From positions 11,100,001-11,164,000 of the forward strand of contig NW_024704743.1 of NCBI RefSeq assembly GCF_018977255.1: a stretch of DNA of 64,000 nucleotides. Reading direction: 5' to 3'. A model generated the notes under the pieces. It had not been told where the DNA came from. It ran no database searches and worked only from the letters and a program-made list of their open reading frames with translations. Source of the DNA: Callorhinchus milii. Lineage: Eukaryota. Below, one piece after another: positions 1 to 13,830 of this stretch (positions within the stretch are counted from its first letter, which is position 1; every line of letters begins with the position of its first letter). The translations under genes were made by a program, and so were the position numbers.

Positions 1-1022
1 GGGACAGTGTGGCAGAAGGCCTACCATCAATGATGCGGTGGGCGTGGCGGGAGGCATAAAGCAGGTCTGAGCCCGCTGAGCGGAGGGAGTCGGCAGTATA
101 GTAAGGGCTTAGGAGGTCGCAGAGGTAGGTAGGAGCAAGGCTATGGAGGGTTTTGAAGGTGAGGACCAGGATCTTGAACTGTATCCTCTGTGTGATGGGA
201 AGCCAGTGGAGTCGGGTGAGGATGGGGGTGATAGGGTCACGGAGCCTGGTGCGGGCGAGGACACGGGTTGCAGAGTTCTGGATGATCTGCAGCCTATAGA
301 GGGAGGAGTTGGGGAGGCCGACAAGCAAGGAGTCTGAATAGTCAAGCCTTGATGTTATGAATGCATGTATGAGGGTTTCGGCGGACTGCGGTGTGAGACA
401 GTGGTGGAGCCGGATAATGTTGTGGATTGGGGGGGAAGCCAAAGCAGGTCATGGCACGGATGTGGGGTAGAAAAGATAGTTGAGGGTCAAACAAGATGCC
501 AAGGTTCCAGACTGGCTTAGTAAGGTGGAGTGTGATGGTGATGCTGTCAGCTCCTGAGCTGTGGAGGCGCTGACAGGAGCAAATCAGGAGAGCCTCGGTC
601 TTGCTGACATTCAACTGAAGAAAGTTAGCTCTCAGGTGGACTTAATGTCTGACAGACATTCTGTCAGCACAGCAGTGGTTCTGGAGTCAAGGGTGGAGGG
701 AGAGAGGTACAGTTGGGTGTCATCTGAATACATGTGGAAGTTGACCCCATGTCTGTGGATGATGTCACCAAGAGGAAGCATATAGATGTTGAAGAGGAGG
801 GGACCAAGGACAGAGCCCTGAGGAATGCTGCACGAGACAGTGCAGGGGCTAGAGGAGAAACCATTTGTGGAGATAAAGTGGAGGCGGTATGAGAGGTACG
901 ATATGAACCATTCAACCAGTGAATGTTGAGGTGGTGGATGAGGATGAGGAGCGGTCAATGGTTTCGAAGGCGCAGAGAGGTCAAGGAGAATGAGGAGGCA
1001 GAGGGAGTCCTGTTGCAGATGG
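1..1022 (-). mobile_element. L2-clade LINE fragment (RT C-terminal region), degenerate
   Basis: Minus-strand translation has [20 protein letters not shown]...[10 protein letters not shown] and NVSKTEALL; frameshifted; runs off the window edge. Confidence 0.9.
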
Positions 1023-1489
1023 ACAGAATTCCTACTTACTGCTAGTTAAACAGATGTGTGTGGAGTAAGGAAACTTGCCCAACGTTTCACTCTGCCGAGA
1101 ATCAAACTCACATCTCTCACTTGCAAGGTAAGTGATCTAACCACTAAGCTACAGGACTTCATTGAAGGGATTGTCATTTGCATGAAGCATTAAACTAAGT
1201 TCCTATTGCCTCTTCAGGTGGCTTTTGAAGACCTCTTGGCACTATATATACATAAATATATATATACAACGCAGCATACCCTCAGCACTTAGAATGTCAG
1301 TCTAGAATATAAGCTCCAAATTGCTGGTGTGATGCTTCAACCCACAACTTTCTTATTTGGAGGCACAAGTGCTATGAACTGAGCTAGACTGACACATACA
1401 CAATTGCATTTGTTAGCCAAATATTGCTATTTACATCTAAATATTAAAAATACAGGATTACTAAGACATATCCAAATGTTTTTCATTGA

Positions 1490-1740
1490 GATCAGCGAGA
1501 GACCTGGGTTCGATTCTTGGAAGAAAAAAAACACATGCCTGATAATAATTCCTCAAGAAAAGAAAAGAAAATTAATAGTTTATTCACTCAATCCACGACT
1601 GTTTGTGGGACACTGCTGTACCAATTTTGCCCACAAATGTACAATCAATTCACTTTACACTATATTCTGTGAAGAGCTTTGAGACGTCTTGAAGACGTGA
1701 AAAGCGCTATATCAAATGCAAGGATTATTATTATTATTAT
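1490..1740 (+). mobile_element. tRNA-derived SINE, partial
   Basis: B-box GGTTCGATTC, body tgtttgtgggacactgctg and tail aaatgcaaggattattattatt shared with the full copies. Confidence 0.8.
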
Positions 1741-2764
1741 TCAAAAAGAGAATGAAGTTTCTTCTGGTGTTCTGGTCAACAATTACCCAAATAAAATTGA
1801 TTATTGATTTTATGGTTGTTTTTGGGACATCGCAATGTGCAAATTGGCTGCCATGTTCACTTCCAAATATACAATCACTATACTTTCCAGTAAATCCTGC
1901 AAAGCAGGTTGAGATGTTTCGATGGCGTGATAAGGAGTTGTATGAAATGGTATTGTCAATGATATGAAAGGACTATTATGATAACAAAGGGTACCTGATC
2001 TGAGAACATAAGAAAATATGGAACATGAAAAAGGTATTTGACCTGTCCAGACACTCCTTTTTACAAACAGCACAAAACATGTCCCTTGTCACAGACTAAC
2101 CAACAATGGAAAGAGAAAATATACAGACATGCCCCGGATAGAATGAAATTCACTGGCTCTGGTAGTCTGTACTTTTCCCTTATGCTTTCCCGAGCAGCTA
2201 GATAAGGTGTTGCAATTTTGACCATCAAGCCTGTTTCTTCCACAGATTTTACATACATTAATTTCCCTCACAAGAGGCTCTGTCCCATGTCTTTTAAGAT
2301 CTTGAGGGAATTGTAGAAACAGGCAAAGGTAAAGCTCTGTCAAATATCTACTTCATCCTCACAAGGTAAGTTAGCAAAACAGCAAGATATTATCTATCAG
2401 TTGAACCCACACAATTTGATCCTATCCAGTTACATTCCACAGATGACATTTGGATGATACCGGTAAAATTGAATACATTCTGCCACCGGCAATAGATACC
2501 TTACACGTTCTGCATTGGAATCCACAGGAGCGCTACAGACAAATTAAAGAGATTCATATCATTACACAAAAAAAATGCTCTGTACAAATTGAATTCCTCC
2601 CTCCCTCCCCTATTTGCTGGCTCACTTGGTAAAACCATCAACCAATGTAAATCTGAATCACACTGATCAAGAAAATAAAACTACAAACTACAGCATGTGA
2701 CTTGTACAAGAAAGATCACCTAGCCTTAGGAATTTGACTTGGAAAAAGGAAGATATGTGTGTAC

Positions 2765-3135
2765 AGTGGTGCTCAGTGGTTAGAGCACTCACCTTGCAAG
2801 CAAGCGAGAGACCTGGTTTGATTCTCGGCAGGGCGAAACCTTCGGCAAGTTTCTTTACTCCACATGCCTCTGTTTACCTAGCAGTAAGTAGGAACCTGGT
2901 TGTTAGTCAATTGGCGGATCATTTTTCCAAGGATAGTAATTCTATAACAATGGTCATTTCAATCCACAACTGTTTCTGGAATATTGCTGTTCGCAATGGG
3001 CTGCTGCGTTTCGCCCACAAAATATACAGTCAATTCACTTCACAGTATATTCTATATCACAGTATATTCTGTGAAGTGCTTTGAGTTGTCTTGAAGACAT
3101 GATAAGGCACCATATCAAATGCAAGGATTATTATT
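2765..3135 (+). mobile_element. tRNA-Ala-derived SINE, long form
   Basis: gctcagtggttagagcactc head, CORE-like gcctctgtttacctagcagtaagtagg segment, (TTA)n tail. Confidence 0.85.
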
Positions 3136-3149
3136 AGTAGTGGTCGCAG

Positions 3150-3480
3150 TATTAACTGAGATCCAGTCTGCCTGGTTCAGATGGAACCTTGTCTAGGCAG
3201 ACATTAAAAGATACCATGGCACTAATCGAAAAAAAGGGTTTCTCCTGGTATGCTGGCCAAGAATGTCAAGTGGATGTTAAAATTCCATTGCACTATTCAA
3301 AAAAGAGGTGTCCTGGCCAACAATGCCCCCAAATATAATCGCTCATTCACTGCACGGCAGTAATTGGCTGCCGCATTGGCCTACAAAATGCATAGTCTTT
3401 ACAATTCACAATGTATCCTGTGGGATATCCTCCCTATGTAAAAGACACAATAACAAATGAGAGGATTTTATTATTATTAC
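3150..3480 (+). mobile_element. Deu-domain SINE fragment (AmnSINE1/SacSINE1-like)
   Basis: taaaagataccatggcacta...ggtgtcctggccaa resembles the DeuSINE central domain as I recall it. Confidence 0.65.
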
Positions 3481-4395
3481 CCCACCAATCATGCAATTTC
3501 TGAGTGACATCTGATACTTTAAATATACTAGTGTGAAATGTCAGTTGGCATGTGCCGCCTAATAGCTTAACAAAATGAAAAAAAATTTGCAAATATTTTG
3601 ATGCATCATCTTTGACTTCCTATTTTTGTATATCAAATAGATTTTGTAGCTGGTTTTGGTATCAAACCAATATGTCTAAAGACAATAGGAATTTGTGATG
3701 TTAACACATTATTAAATACTACAAATCCAATTGATTTTTGCATGATTCCACTCATGTGGTTCCCCCAGTCGAGCATTACACTCGTTACTGTGAAGCGCTC
3801 TGAGATACCGTCCGGCGTGGAGGGCGCTATATAAATCCAAGTTGTTGTTGTCATTACAAAGGCTCTTTGCTTCCTAATATTCCTTGTTCTACCCTAGAAT
3901 CCTGTGATTTTAGTTTAATTAGAAATCTTATTTGTGGAATTTTGTCAAAAGTTTTATAAAAGTCTAAATAAACTATATCATAAGGATATTTAATTAATTG
4001 GTATGTATTTTATGTCTAACCTTCTGAAAGAACTCAAGAAGATTTGTCATACATGATCTTCCCCTATTAAATTACAACATTGCTTGCCTCCGCCCCTATC
4101 TTTCCCCTCAGGCTGCTAAGATTCTTAACCGTGCCTTCATCATGTCCAGGTTAGACTGCAGTGCTCACTGGACTTTCCAGCTCTTCTCTCCATTCAGAAC
4201 TCTGCAACTCAAGTCCTCCTACGCTAGACTCCAAGAATGTATTACTCCCATCCTCTCCTGGCTTCACTGGCTCCCTAGCCCCAGATGATTGAATTCAAGA
4301 TCCTCATCCTCGCTTTTAAATCCTTCCATGGTCTTGCCCCACCCTACCTCTGCAACCTTCTTAAACCCATGATAAGACTTTAAACCTTTTTAAAC

Positions 4396-4665
4396 TGGGT
4401 TTTTATGTGGTATGAATCTGAGATAAGATAGTACATAGGCAATGGACAAATCAAAGGTTAATTTATTAATCAGTAAGATAGTTATTAATCAGTTACAAGT
4501 TTCATTCTTACAACTGCAGAAGATGAATCAGGGCAGGCTGATTTCGACCTTCCCTACCAACACACTAATAATCCTTTGGCTAAATGGCTAATTGTTTAGC
4601 CACAAACCCAAACAGCCCATGGGATCCAGTATCTCACAATGTCCAACAGTATCTAAAGATGTCCC
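4396..4665 (-). repeat. Unclassified repeat, LTR-like; inverted homolog at 52040-52285
   Basis: Direct match by eye, e.g. ggctaattgtttagccacaaaccca and gggatccagtatctcaca to the reverse complement of the 52 kb copy. Confidence 0.7.
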
Positions 4666-4669
4666 AAGA

Positions 4670-5520
4670 GGAAGAGGAAGAAAGCGGTGCTGGTCAGCAA
4701 CTGGATGTGGGGGAGGAATGATAAAGGGGATTGAACATGACATCTAAGTTGAGCAAGGATTCAGAGTTTTAAGGACAGGTGGGGAGGTTGAGGAGATCTG
4801 AACCGTGGGACAGAACATGTCAATGGGAGCCAAAGAGTATGACTTCCATCTTGTTAATGTTTAGCTGCAGGAAATGTGTGCTCATCCAGCTCCTGATGGC
4901 CGACAGACAAGCTGACAGAACATCAGGGGACTGGGGGTCACAGCTGGAGGTTGAGTTGAGTGTCATCCACATACATCCTTGGGGTACCTCGCAGGTGACT
5001 GGGTGGAAGTAGGAAGAATTGTAGTGCTGGCGGTTTGTAAGGTAAGACTCGAGCCAAGCGAGTGCGGTCCCACTGAGGTGGATGATGGAGGACCAGCGGT
5101 GAAGGAGGATGGCGTGATCAACTGTGTTGAACGTGGTGGAGAGGTCCAGGAGGAAGAGGAGGCGGAGGGAGCCCTGGTCACAGGTAGAGAGGATATCGTT
5201 TGTGACCTCCATGAGTCCTGTCTCTGTACTATGGGCAGGGTGGAAACTGGACTGGAGCGGTTTGAGTAGGGTGTGGAGGGAGAGGTGTGCATGAAGCTGG
5301 TTGGCAACAATGTGTTCCAGAGCTTTGGCAAGGAAGGGCAGGTTTGAGATAGGGCGGTAGTAGCCGAGGTTGGAGGGATCGAGGGTCGATTTTTAAGGAG
5401 GGGAGTGATGACTGCAATTTTGAGGGTGATTGGGACGAATCCTGAGGAGAGAGACTGGTTAATAGTGTCTGCCAGCATTGGGCAGAGGAGGGGGAGCGAA
5501 GTGATCAGCTCAGCTCCCCC
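4670..5520 (-). mobile_element. L2 LINE fragment (RT N-terminal region)
   Basis: INQSLSSGFVP...[10 protein letters not shown] and LLDLSTTFNTVDH in minus frames. Confidence 0.88.
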
Positions 5521-5904
5521 TCAGCCTCCAAGACCCTCATCTATACTTATATCTACGTAATCACTAATTCTTGTCTTCCCAACTCTTCCGTTCACAAGCT
5601 ATTCAGATCTCTGCAACTCATGTCCTCTTCCGTATCAGGCTCCTCAAGGCTATCATCCTCAACAACTGCCTGGCTCCACTAAATCCCCACCTCCCAGAGG
5701 ATCGAATTGTTATTTTTGACCTCACCTCAGCATCCTCACACCCTCATCTCCCCCTTTGCTTCACGCCTTCAGAATTCCAACCCCCAGCTCGGGTGCAAAC
5801 TTTGATTGTCCAGCGTCTTGCAACATCCTCCTGACGTGAAGGGCACCTTATAAATGCAACTTGGTTGTTTTGCTTTGCTGCGACGTGTCAAAGCATTTTA
5901 TTTT

Positions 5905-6408
5905 ATCACTCCCACCCTCGCTCGCCTCCACTGGCTCCCCATCCCCTAGAGGATCGAATTCAAGATCCTCACCCTCACCTACAAGGCCATTCACGGCCTT
6001 GCTCCCTCCTACCTCTCCGACCTACGATCCCCCTACCTACCCGCCCGTACCCTCCATTCCTCCGGCTCCGGTCTGCTCCACATCCCCCGCCCCAACCGCC
6101 CTACTATCGGTGGCCAGGCCTTCAGCCTCTCAGCCCCTAGGCTCTGGAACTCTATCCCCCAGTGCCTTCGCCTTGCCTCCTCCCTTTCCTCCTTCAAGGC
6201 CGGTCTCAAGACCTTTCTCTTCGACCGTGCCTTCAGCTCCCCTCTCGACTCTCTACCCCCTCCTCGCTCTCTCCCTCCCTTCCCTCCCCTCACCCTGACC
6301 ATTTCCCCCTTGCTCGGGTCCTGACCCAACTGTACAGCGCCTATGGGACGTCCTCCCGACGTGAAAGGCGCTCAATAAATGGAATCTTGTTGTTGTTGTT
6401 GTTGTTGT
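5905..6408 (+). mobile_element. L2 LINE 3' end with (GTT)n tail
   Basis: RLHWLPI...RIEFKIL coding end, tail gggacgtcctcccgacgtgaaaggcgc and gttgttgtt. Confidence 0.9.
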
Positions 6409-7494
6409 TATGGGAATTACTATAAAATATGACTGTGTATTTTCTAAACAAATGCAGCAGCAATCTGCATACAGCAATGTCCCACAAATACCCATGAAGT
6501 CAATGACTGATTTTATTATGCTCAGTGCTGAGATGATTGCAGGAGGGGTTAAATCCTGAGGTGTGTAACATTGTAGTAAACTCTCAAACTGGCACAAGCT
6601 ATCTATCTTGAAAATATGAGATTTCTTCACTGCAGTTTCTAAATAAAATCACATTTTTCATTTGTGCTTCTGGTAATTTACAACTGTTTTGTTTGCTCAG
6701 AAGCTGCAACCACCGAGCACAGTTTGGACTATTCTTTCAGAATCGATTTGACTTTTCAGAAGGATACAAAAGGAATAACGTTGTTTCATTTATTGGCTAG
6801 GTGACCAATCTAATTTTAGTCACTTGTTATCTCAAAATAATTTTTTTGCACAGGAGTTGATGAATATTTGAACAGTGCTACAGAATCTTTAAAGTCCTCT
6901 GTTTTGCACTTCATCTGAAGGATGGTGCCTTTGGCAAGGCAGTACTTCCCTAGCACTGTAATGCAATATCAGGCTAAACTCTCCTGAATTAGATGTGGGG
7001 TGCATTCTTCTGGAGGTAGAGTGCATCCTCCAGACAACACAACCAGAAGCCATATGTGGAACTGTCAATAGTTTGATTTGGAGACTCAAGTATGGTGATG
7101 GGTTTCCACATGTCAGATGTCTAGCTGACCAAAAAGGAAATCTTTAATATCCACCTTCATCTGAACAAGTAGACAAGACCCTGATTTTCCGGGGGTAATA
7201 ATTCCTTCAAAAAAACAATAATAATAAATTGGTAACTCAATGTTTGTGGGACACTACTGGGTGCAATTGGCTGTCATGTTTTGCCCACAAAATATACAGT
7301 CAATTCACTTTACAGTATTCTGTGAAGAGCTTTGAGACATCTTGATGACGTGATAAGGCTCTATATCAAATCCAAGGATTATTATAATTATTACTTTATT
7401 TTTATAGTGCCACCAATATTTGTCCTTTTTTAATATAAGAAACAGAAGATTATCAAAATAAAGAGGAGTATTGAGCTCAGCAGCTAATTGCAAC

Positions 7495-8010
7495 AACAAC
7501 AAAATTACATTTGTATAGTGCCTTTCACGTGAAGGTGAGGACCAGTATCTTAAACTGTATCCTCTGTGTGATGGGAAGCCAGTGGAGTTGGGCGATGATG
7601 GGGGTGATAGGGTCATGGAGCCTAGTGCAGGAGAGAGTTCTGGATGATCCGCAGCCTGTGGAGTGAGGAGTTGGGGAGGCTGACAAACAATGAGTTTGCA
7701 TAGTCAAGCCTCGATGTAATGAAAGCTGTATGAGGGTTTGGGCAGCATGTGGTGTGAGACAGTGGCAGACCCGGCCGACATTGCGGAGGTGAGGGAAGGC
7801 AGAGTGGGTCATGGCAGATGTGGGGTAGAAAGGATAGTTGAGGGTCAAACAAGACCTCAAGGTTGCGGACTGGCTTAGTAAGGTGGAGTGTGCAACCATG
7901 GATGGTGATGCTGTCAGCACCTGAGGTGAGGAGACGCTGACGGGAGCCAATCAGGAGAGCCTCGGTCTTGTTGACGTTCAACTGAAGAAAGTTAGCTCTC
8001 ATCCAGGACT
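7495..8010 (-). mobile_element. L2 LINE fragment
   Basis: SWMRANFLQLNVNKTEALL and SRLDYANSL; (CAA)n tail at the left end. Confidence 0.88.
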
Positions 8011-8019
8011 TCCTCGAAT

Positions 8020-9753
8020 CTAAAATCAAGGGGATACATTCAGCCACCTCAGCCCGTCCACAGCCACCTCCATATCACCTCTCCCTCATGACCCACCCCA
8101 CACCCATCCCCCCCTATACTCCTTCAATCCTATCTCTCCCTCCTCCCTCACCACGACTGTCCACAAACTCAAACCTGCTTCCTCAATCCCATCCGCACCT
8201 CTCTCCTCATCTCCCAACTCCACCTGTCCGACATCATCAACCTCTCCCTGTCCACCGGTTCAGTTCCCACCCCCCTAAAAACAGTCGTCATCACCCCCAT
8301 CTTGAAAAAATCTTCCCTGGATCCATTCCTCCTCTCCAACTACCGCCCCATCTCTAACCTTCCATTCCTCTCCAAGGTCCTGGAATGAGTTGTCACATCC
8401 CAGCTCCGCTCCTTTCTCTCTCGCCATTCCCTCTGTGAACCACTCCAATCCGGCTTCCACGCTTCCCATAGCACGGAAACAGCCCTGGTCAAAGTCACTA
8501 ATGACATTCTGAACATCTGTGATCAGGGCTCCCTCTGCCTCCTTGTCCTCCTCGACCTCTCTGCCGCCTTTGACACTGTCGACCACTCCATCCTTATACA
8601 CCAACTCTCCTCTTTACTTAATCTTCACGGACCTGCCCTTGCCTGGTTCGATTTCTATCTCTCTCACCGTCTCCACTTTGTTGCCTCTAACGGTTCCTCC
8701 TCCAGCCCCTGCACTCATGTCTGGCGACCCCCATGGCTCTGTCCTTGGCCCTCCTCCTCTTTAATATCTACATGCTCCCCCTTGGTGACATCATCCGCAG
8801 ACTTCCATATGTATGCGGATGACACCCAACTCTATCTTTCTGCCTCCACTCTCAACTACAGGACCACTGCTGTCCTGACAGACTGCCTGGATGAGGGCAA
8901 ATTTCCAACAGTTGAATGTGAACAAGACTGAGGCCCTCCTGATTGGCTCGCACCAGCGCCTCTGCACTTCAGGCTCTGGCAGCGTCAACCTCCATGGTTG
9001 CACACTACAACTCACTGCCAGTCAGGAACCTAAGTGTCTTGTTCAGCCTTCAACTGTCTTTCATTCCCCACATCCAAGCCATGACCCTCTCTGCTTCACT
9101 CACCTTCGTAACATCGCCCGACTCCGCCACTACTTCACCCCTCAGGCCTCTGAAACTCTTGTTCATCACCTCCAGACTCGACTGTGCAAACGCCCTGCGT
9201 GTCGGCCTTCCTAACTTCTCCCTCCAGAGGCTGCAGATAATCCAAAACTCTGCAGCCCGTGTCCTCTCCCTCATCAAATTCCGTGACCTCATCTCCCCCA
9301 TTCTCGCCTGACTCCCTTGGCTCCCTATCCTTCAAAGGATCCAGTTCAAGATCCTGGTCCTCACCTACAAAGCCCTCCATGGCTTCACCCCACCCTACTT
9401 CTGCGACCTCCTAATACCCTACCAACCCGCCCGTTCCCTCCGCTCAGCCGGCTCCAGCCTGCTCCTCGAGCCCCGACCCACCCGACCCACCATTGACGGG
9501 AGAGCCTTCAGCCACTCTGCCCCCAACCTCTGGAATTCCATCCCCCAATCACTCCACCTCACCCCCTCCTTAGCCTTGTTTAAGTCCCGCCTCAAGAGCC
9601 TCCTCTTCGACCATGCCATCGGCCAACCCCCTTCCCTCCTTTCTCCCCCCATGAACCCAGCTCGGATCTGAAATGCTGTACACTGTCCAACGCCTTGGGA
9701 CATCCTCCCGACGTGAAAGGCGCTATACAAATGTAATCTTGTTGTTGTTGTTG
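8020..9753 (+). mobile_element. L2 LINE, 5'-truncated, degenerate RT
   Basis: [35 protein letters not shown]2 tail and (GTT)n at about 9740-9753. Confidence 0.92.
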
Positions 9754-9979
9754 ATGTCTGACAGACATTCTGTCAGGAATGACAGTGAATGAGGATAGAG
9801 TGGTCAACAGTGTGAACCAATCATAATTGCAGGTGGGAAATAACAAACATCAATATTTTATTTGGGACAAGCTGCTCCCCAAATACTACATGAGAACAGG
9901 ACAGCTGGAGATAAGACAGATGAAAGTAGTTTAAATGGCATCTTTAAAAAGAGCGCCATTCAGTGCCTCTGGCCAGCTT

Positions 9980-10740
9980 TACCTTCACTGCTCGGTGCTG
10001 TGTTTACATTGTGGCACCCGTCCTTCGGAAGAGATGTTACATCGAAGTCTTGTTTGGCTGTTCAGGTGCATGTTAAAGATCTCATGGACTATTCGAAAAG
10101 AGAAGAGAGTTTCTCTTCCCGGTGTCTTGACCAACAATCCACCTAATAAAATATTGGTTGTTTGTGGGACTGCTATTGGTTGCTGTGTGCAATTGTCTGC
10201 CATGTATCACCCACAAAATTCACAGTCAATCCACTTTACAGTATATCCTGTGAAGTGCTTTGAGACATCTCGACAACGTGATAAAGTGCAATATCAAATG
10301 CAAGGGTTACTGTTATTGTTATTATCATTAGTAGTAGTATCACCCTGTGTCATCTTCCCTCAGTCGATAGCATTTTCGCCTCTGAATCCGAAATTTGTGG
10401 GTTCAATCCCTGCATTGGGATTCTGACCTCACATTCTATTCTGACACATTGTTGGGGGTGAATGTGAAACATTAAATCGAAGTCCCGTCCGCCTGTTCAG
10501 ATAAACATTAAAGATCCCATGCCAATATTTGAAAACAGAATGGAGATTCTCCTGGTGTCCTGGCCAACAATCCTCCAAATAAAATTGTTCATTCACTGCG
10601 TGGCTGTTAGTCAGATATTATTCTGCACAACTTGGCTACCGCCTTTGCCTACATAGTTACTTTACTTTCCAGTAAAAACTTGTGAAGTGCTTTGAGACAG
10701 CCGCCCAATATGAAAAGCTATATAAACGTATGTTGGATTG
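9980..10740 (+). mobile_element. Two tandem Deu-domain SINE copies
   Basis: gttaaagatctcatggacta at about 10072 and ttaaagatcccatgcc at about 10508, each followed by cc(c/t)ggtgtc(c/t)tg and a gtgaagtgctttgagac tail. Confidence 0.7.
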
Positions 10741-10750
10741 TAATATATCG

Positions 10751-11135
10751 TAGAATCATAGAATCATAGAATGTTACGGCACAGAAGGAGGCCATTCGGC
10801 CCATCGAGTCTGTGTTGGCTCTTTAACAGAGCAACTAACTTTTATTAACCCCACTCACCAGCTTTCTCCCCATAACCCTGCAAACCCATCTTCTCCAGAT
10901 ACCTATCCAGTTCTCTCTTAAAAGCTGTTATCGAATCGGACTTCACTGCCCTTTCAGGCAGATCATTCCAAATTCTAATAACTCGCTGAGTGAAAACATT
11001 TCTTCTAACCTCCCCTCTGCTTCTTTTGATAGATATCTTAATACTGTGACCACGAATCACAGACACACCTACCAGCGGAAACAACTTTTCCCTATCTAGC
11101 CTGTCGAAACCTTTGAATTCTTGAATATCACATTC
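10751..11135 (-). mobile_element. CR1 LINE 3' end
   Basis: (ATTCTATG)n tail on the minus strand; translation KGFDRLDREKLFPL...FTQRVIRIWNDLP. Confidence 0.9.
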
Positions 11136-11655
11136 AAGAATTGTTATTATCAATATTAATATTGTTGTGATAGATATAAGAATTATAATAAAACTATAAG
11201 GATAATCACTCACAAAATATACAATCAATTCACTTTACAGTATATTCTGTGAAGCAATTTGAGATATCTCGAAGACATGATAAGGCGCTATATCAAATGT
11301 AAGGATTATGATAATTATTATAATCAGTATTAATAGTAATACCAATGCTAATTATTAACAACAATAATTATTAATAACATAAGAATCTATGGAATCCCTT
11401 CAAAAGCAAATAATAATAATTTGGTCACTCAACCCACGACTGTTTGTGAGACACTGCTCTGCGCAATTGGCTGTTGTGTTTCACCCACAAAATACACAGT
11501 CAATTCACTTTACAGTATATTCTGTGAAGTGCTTTGAGACGTCTCGAAGACATGATAAGGCGCTATATCAAATGCAAGGATTATTATTATTATTATCCAC
11601 GAACCGCTTTGAGAAGTTTCAATGACCTGATGAGTGGCAAGGAGTATCGCATATC

Positions 11656-11657
<2 letters not shown>

Positions 11658-11686
<29 letters not shown>

Positions 11687-13004
11687 GATTCCATTTATAA
11701 AGCGCCTTTCACGTCAGGAGGACGTCCCAAGGCGCTGCACAGTTGGGTCATGACCCGAGCAGGGGGGAAATGGTCAGGGTGAGGGGAGGGGAGGGAGCGA
11801 GGAGGGGGGAAATGGTCAGGGTGAGGGGAGGGATGGGAGGGAGCGAGGAGGAGGTAGAGAGTCGAGAGGGGAGCTGAAGGCTCGGTCAAAGAGAAAGGTT
11901 TTGAGACCGGCCTTGAAGGAGGAGAGGGAGGAAGCAAGGTGAAGGCACTGGGTGATAGAGTTCCAGAGCCTCGGGGCTGAGAGGCTGAAGGCCCGACCAC
12001 CAATGGTAGGGCGATTGGGGCGGGGGACGTGGAGCAGACCGGAGCCGGAGGAACGGAGGGTACGGGCAGGTAGGTAGGGGGATAGTAGGTTGGAGAGGTA
12101 GGAGGGAGCAAGGCCGTGAATGGCCTTGTAGGTGAGGATGAAGATCTTGAAATCAATCCTCTGGGGGATGGGGAGCCAGTGGAGGCGATCGAGGGTGGGA
12201 GTGATGTGGTCGCGAAGTCTGGTGCGGGACAGTACACGAGCTGCAGAGTTCTGAATGACCTGCAGCTTGTGGAGGGAGGTGGCGGGAAGGCCGGCGAGGA
12301 GAGAGTTCCCATAGTCCAGCCTTGAGGTGACAAAGGCGTGAACCAGGGTTTCAGCAGCGTGAGGGGTGAGGTAATGGCATAGTCTGGCGATGTTCCGGAG
12401 GTGATGGAAGGCGGTGCCAGTTGTGGTGCGGATGTGAGGGAGAAATGACAGCTCAGGGTCGAACAAAACGCCGAGGTTCCTGACTGGCTTTGAGAGGTGG
12501 AGAGTGCAGCCTTGGATGCTGATGGTGTCGGCGCCTGAGGTGCGGAGGCGCTGACGCGAACCAATCAGGAGGGCCTCGGTTTTTCGCACGTTGAGCTGAA
12601 GAAAGTTGTCTCTCATCCAGGACTCGATGTCGGACAGGCCGACTGTCAGGACATCGGTGGTCGTGGAGTTGAGAGTAGAGGAGGAAAGGTAGAGTTGGGT
12701 GTCATCCGCATACATGTGGAAGTTAACCCCATGTCTGCGGATGATGTCACCGAGGGGGAGCATATAGAGGGTGAAGAGGAGGGGACCGAGGACAGAGCCC
12801 TGAGGGACTCCACATGAGACAGTACGGGGGGTGGAGGAGAAGCCATTCGTCGAGACAAAGTGAAGACGTTGAGAAAGGTACGACCTAAACCACTCAAGGA
12901 CAGTGCCTTGAAGGTTGAGGTGGGAGGACAAGCGGTGGAGTAGGATAGCGTGGTCGACCGTATCGAATGCTGCCGATAGGTCGAGGAGGACGAGGAGGCA
13001 GATA
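11658..13004 (-). mobile_element. Young 5'-truncated L2 LINE with uninterrupted RT C-terminal frame
   Basis: Accounts for the 420-aa ORF ([14 protein letters not shown]); (CAA)n tail; candidate TSD atatcac at 11651-11657 and 13005-13011. Confidence 0.95.
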
Positions 13005-13309
13005 ATATCACTATTTTCAATAATTTGGACTCTTATGCAAAATTCATAAAAACACAACAAATACAATTTATAATGCAATCAGCACTGTGTCGCTTAACCA
13101 CTTCCTTCCATTTCCATAAACAATCAGGGGAAACTTTCCTCCGGGCAGTCTTTAATGCATTTAGAATACAAATTGTGTTTTTACATGATCCCTTTGATGG
13201 TGGTGAAATCGGTCATACGTTTCCTCCTAGGTAAAATAATAAGAAATAATTTTTATAATCCTTGCATTTGATATAGTGCCTCATCAAATCAGGAGGATGT
13301 GTTAAGTCA

Positions 13310-13830
13310 CTCATACACGCATTCATTAAATCGAGGCTTGACTATGCAAACTCTCTGCTTGCTGGCCTCCCCAACTCCTCCATACGCTGCAGATCATCCA
13401 GAACTCTACAGCCTGTGTCCTCTCCTACACCAGGCTCCATGACCCAATCACCCCCATCCTCGCCTGACTCCACTGGCTTCCCATCACACAGAGGATACAG
13501 CTCAAGATCCTCCGCTCAACGGGCTCCGGCCTGCTTCACGTAGCCTGCCTCTCCCGCACCACCATTGGCGGACGAGCCTTCTGCCACTCTGCCCCCACCC
13601 CCTGGAACTCCATCCCGCAGTCCCTCCACCTCGCCCCCTCCCTCATCACCTTCAAGACCCACCTCAAGACTCTCCTCTTCGACCGTGCTTTCGATCAGCC
13701 TGCTTCTCCCCCTGCCCTCCACCCTCCCCAATCCCAACCCCCAACTCGGGTCCAAAACTCTGACTGTCCAGTACCTTGGGATGTCCTCTTGATGTGAAAG
13801 GCTCTACACAAATGTAACTTTATTGTTGTT
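13310..13830 (+). mobile_element. L2 LINE 3' fragment
   Basis: SRLDYANSLL coding segment and degenerate L2 tail. Confidence 0.85.

Noticed and set aside
7495..9753. Large inverted repeat suggesting a DNA transposon
   Set aside because: Two oppositely oriented L2 copies; no terminal repeats or transposase.
11816..13078. 420-aa reverse transcriptase ORF as an active or host gene
   Set aside because: It is a 5'-truncated L2 without endonuclease or RT N-terminus; the first ~25 codons come from flanking DNA.
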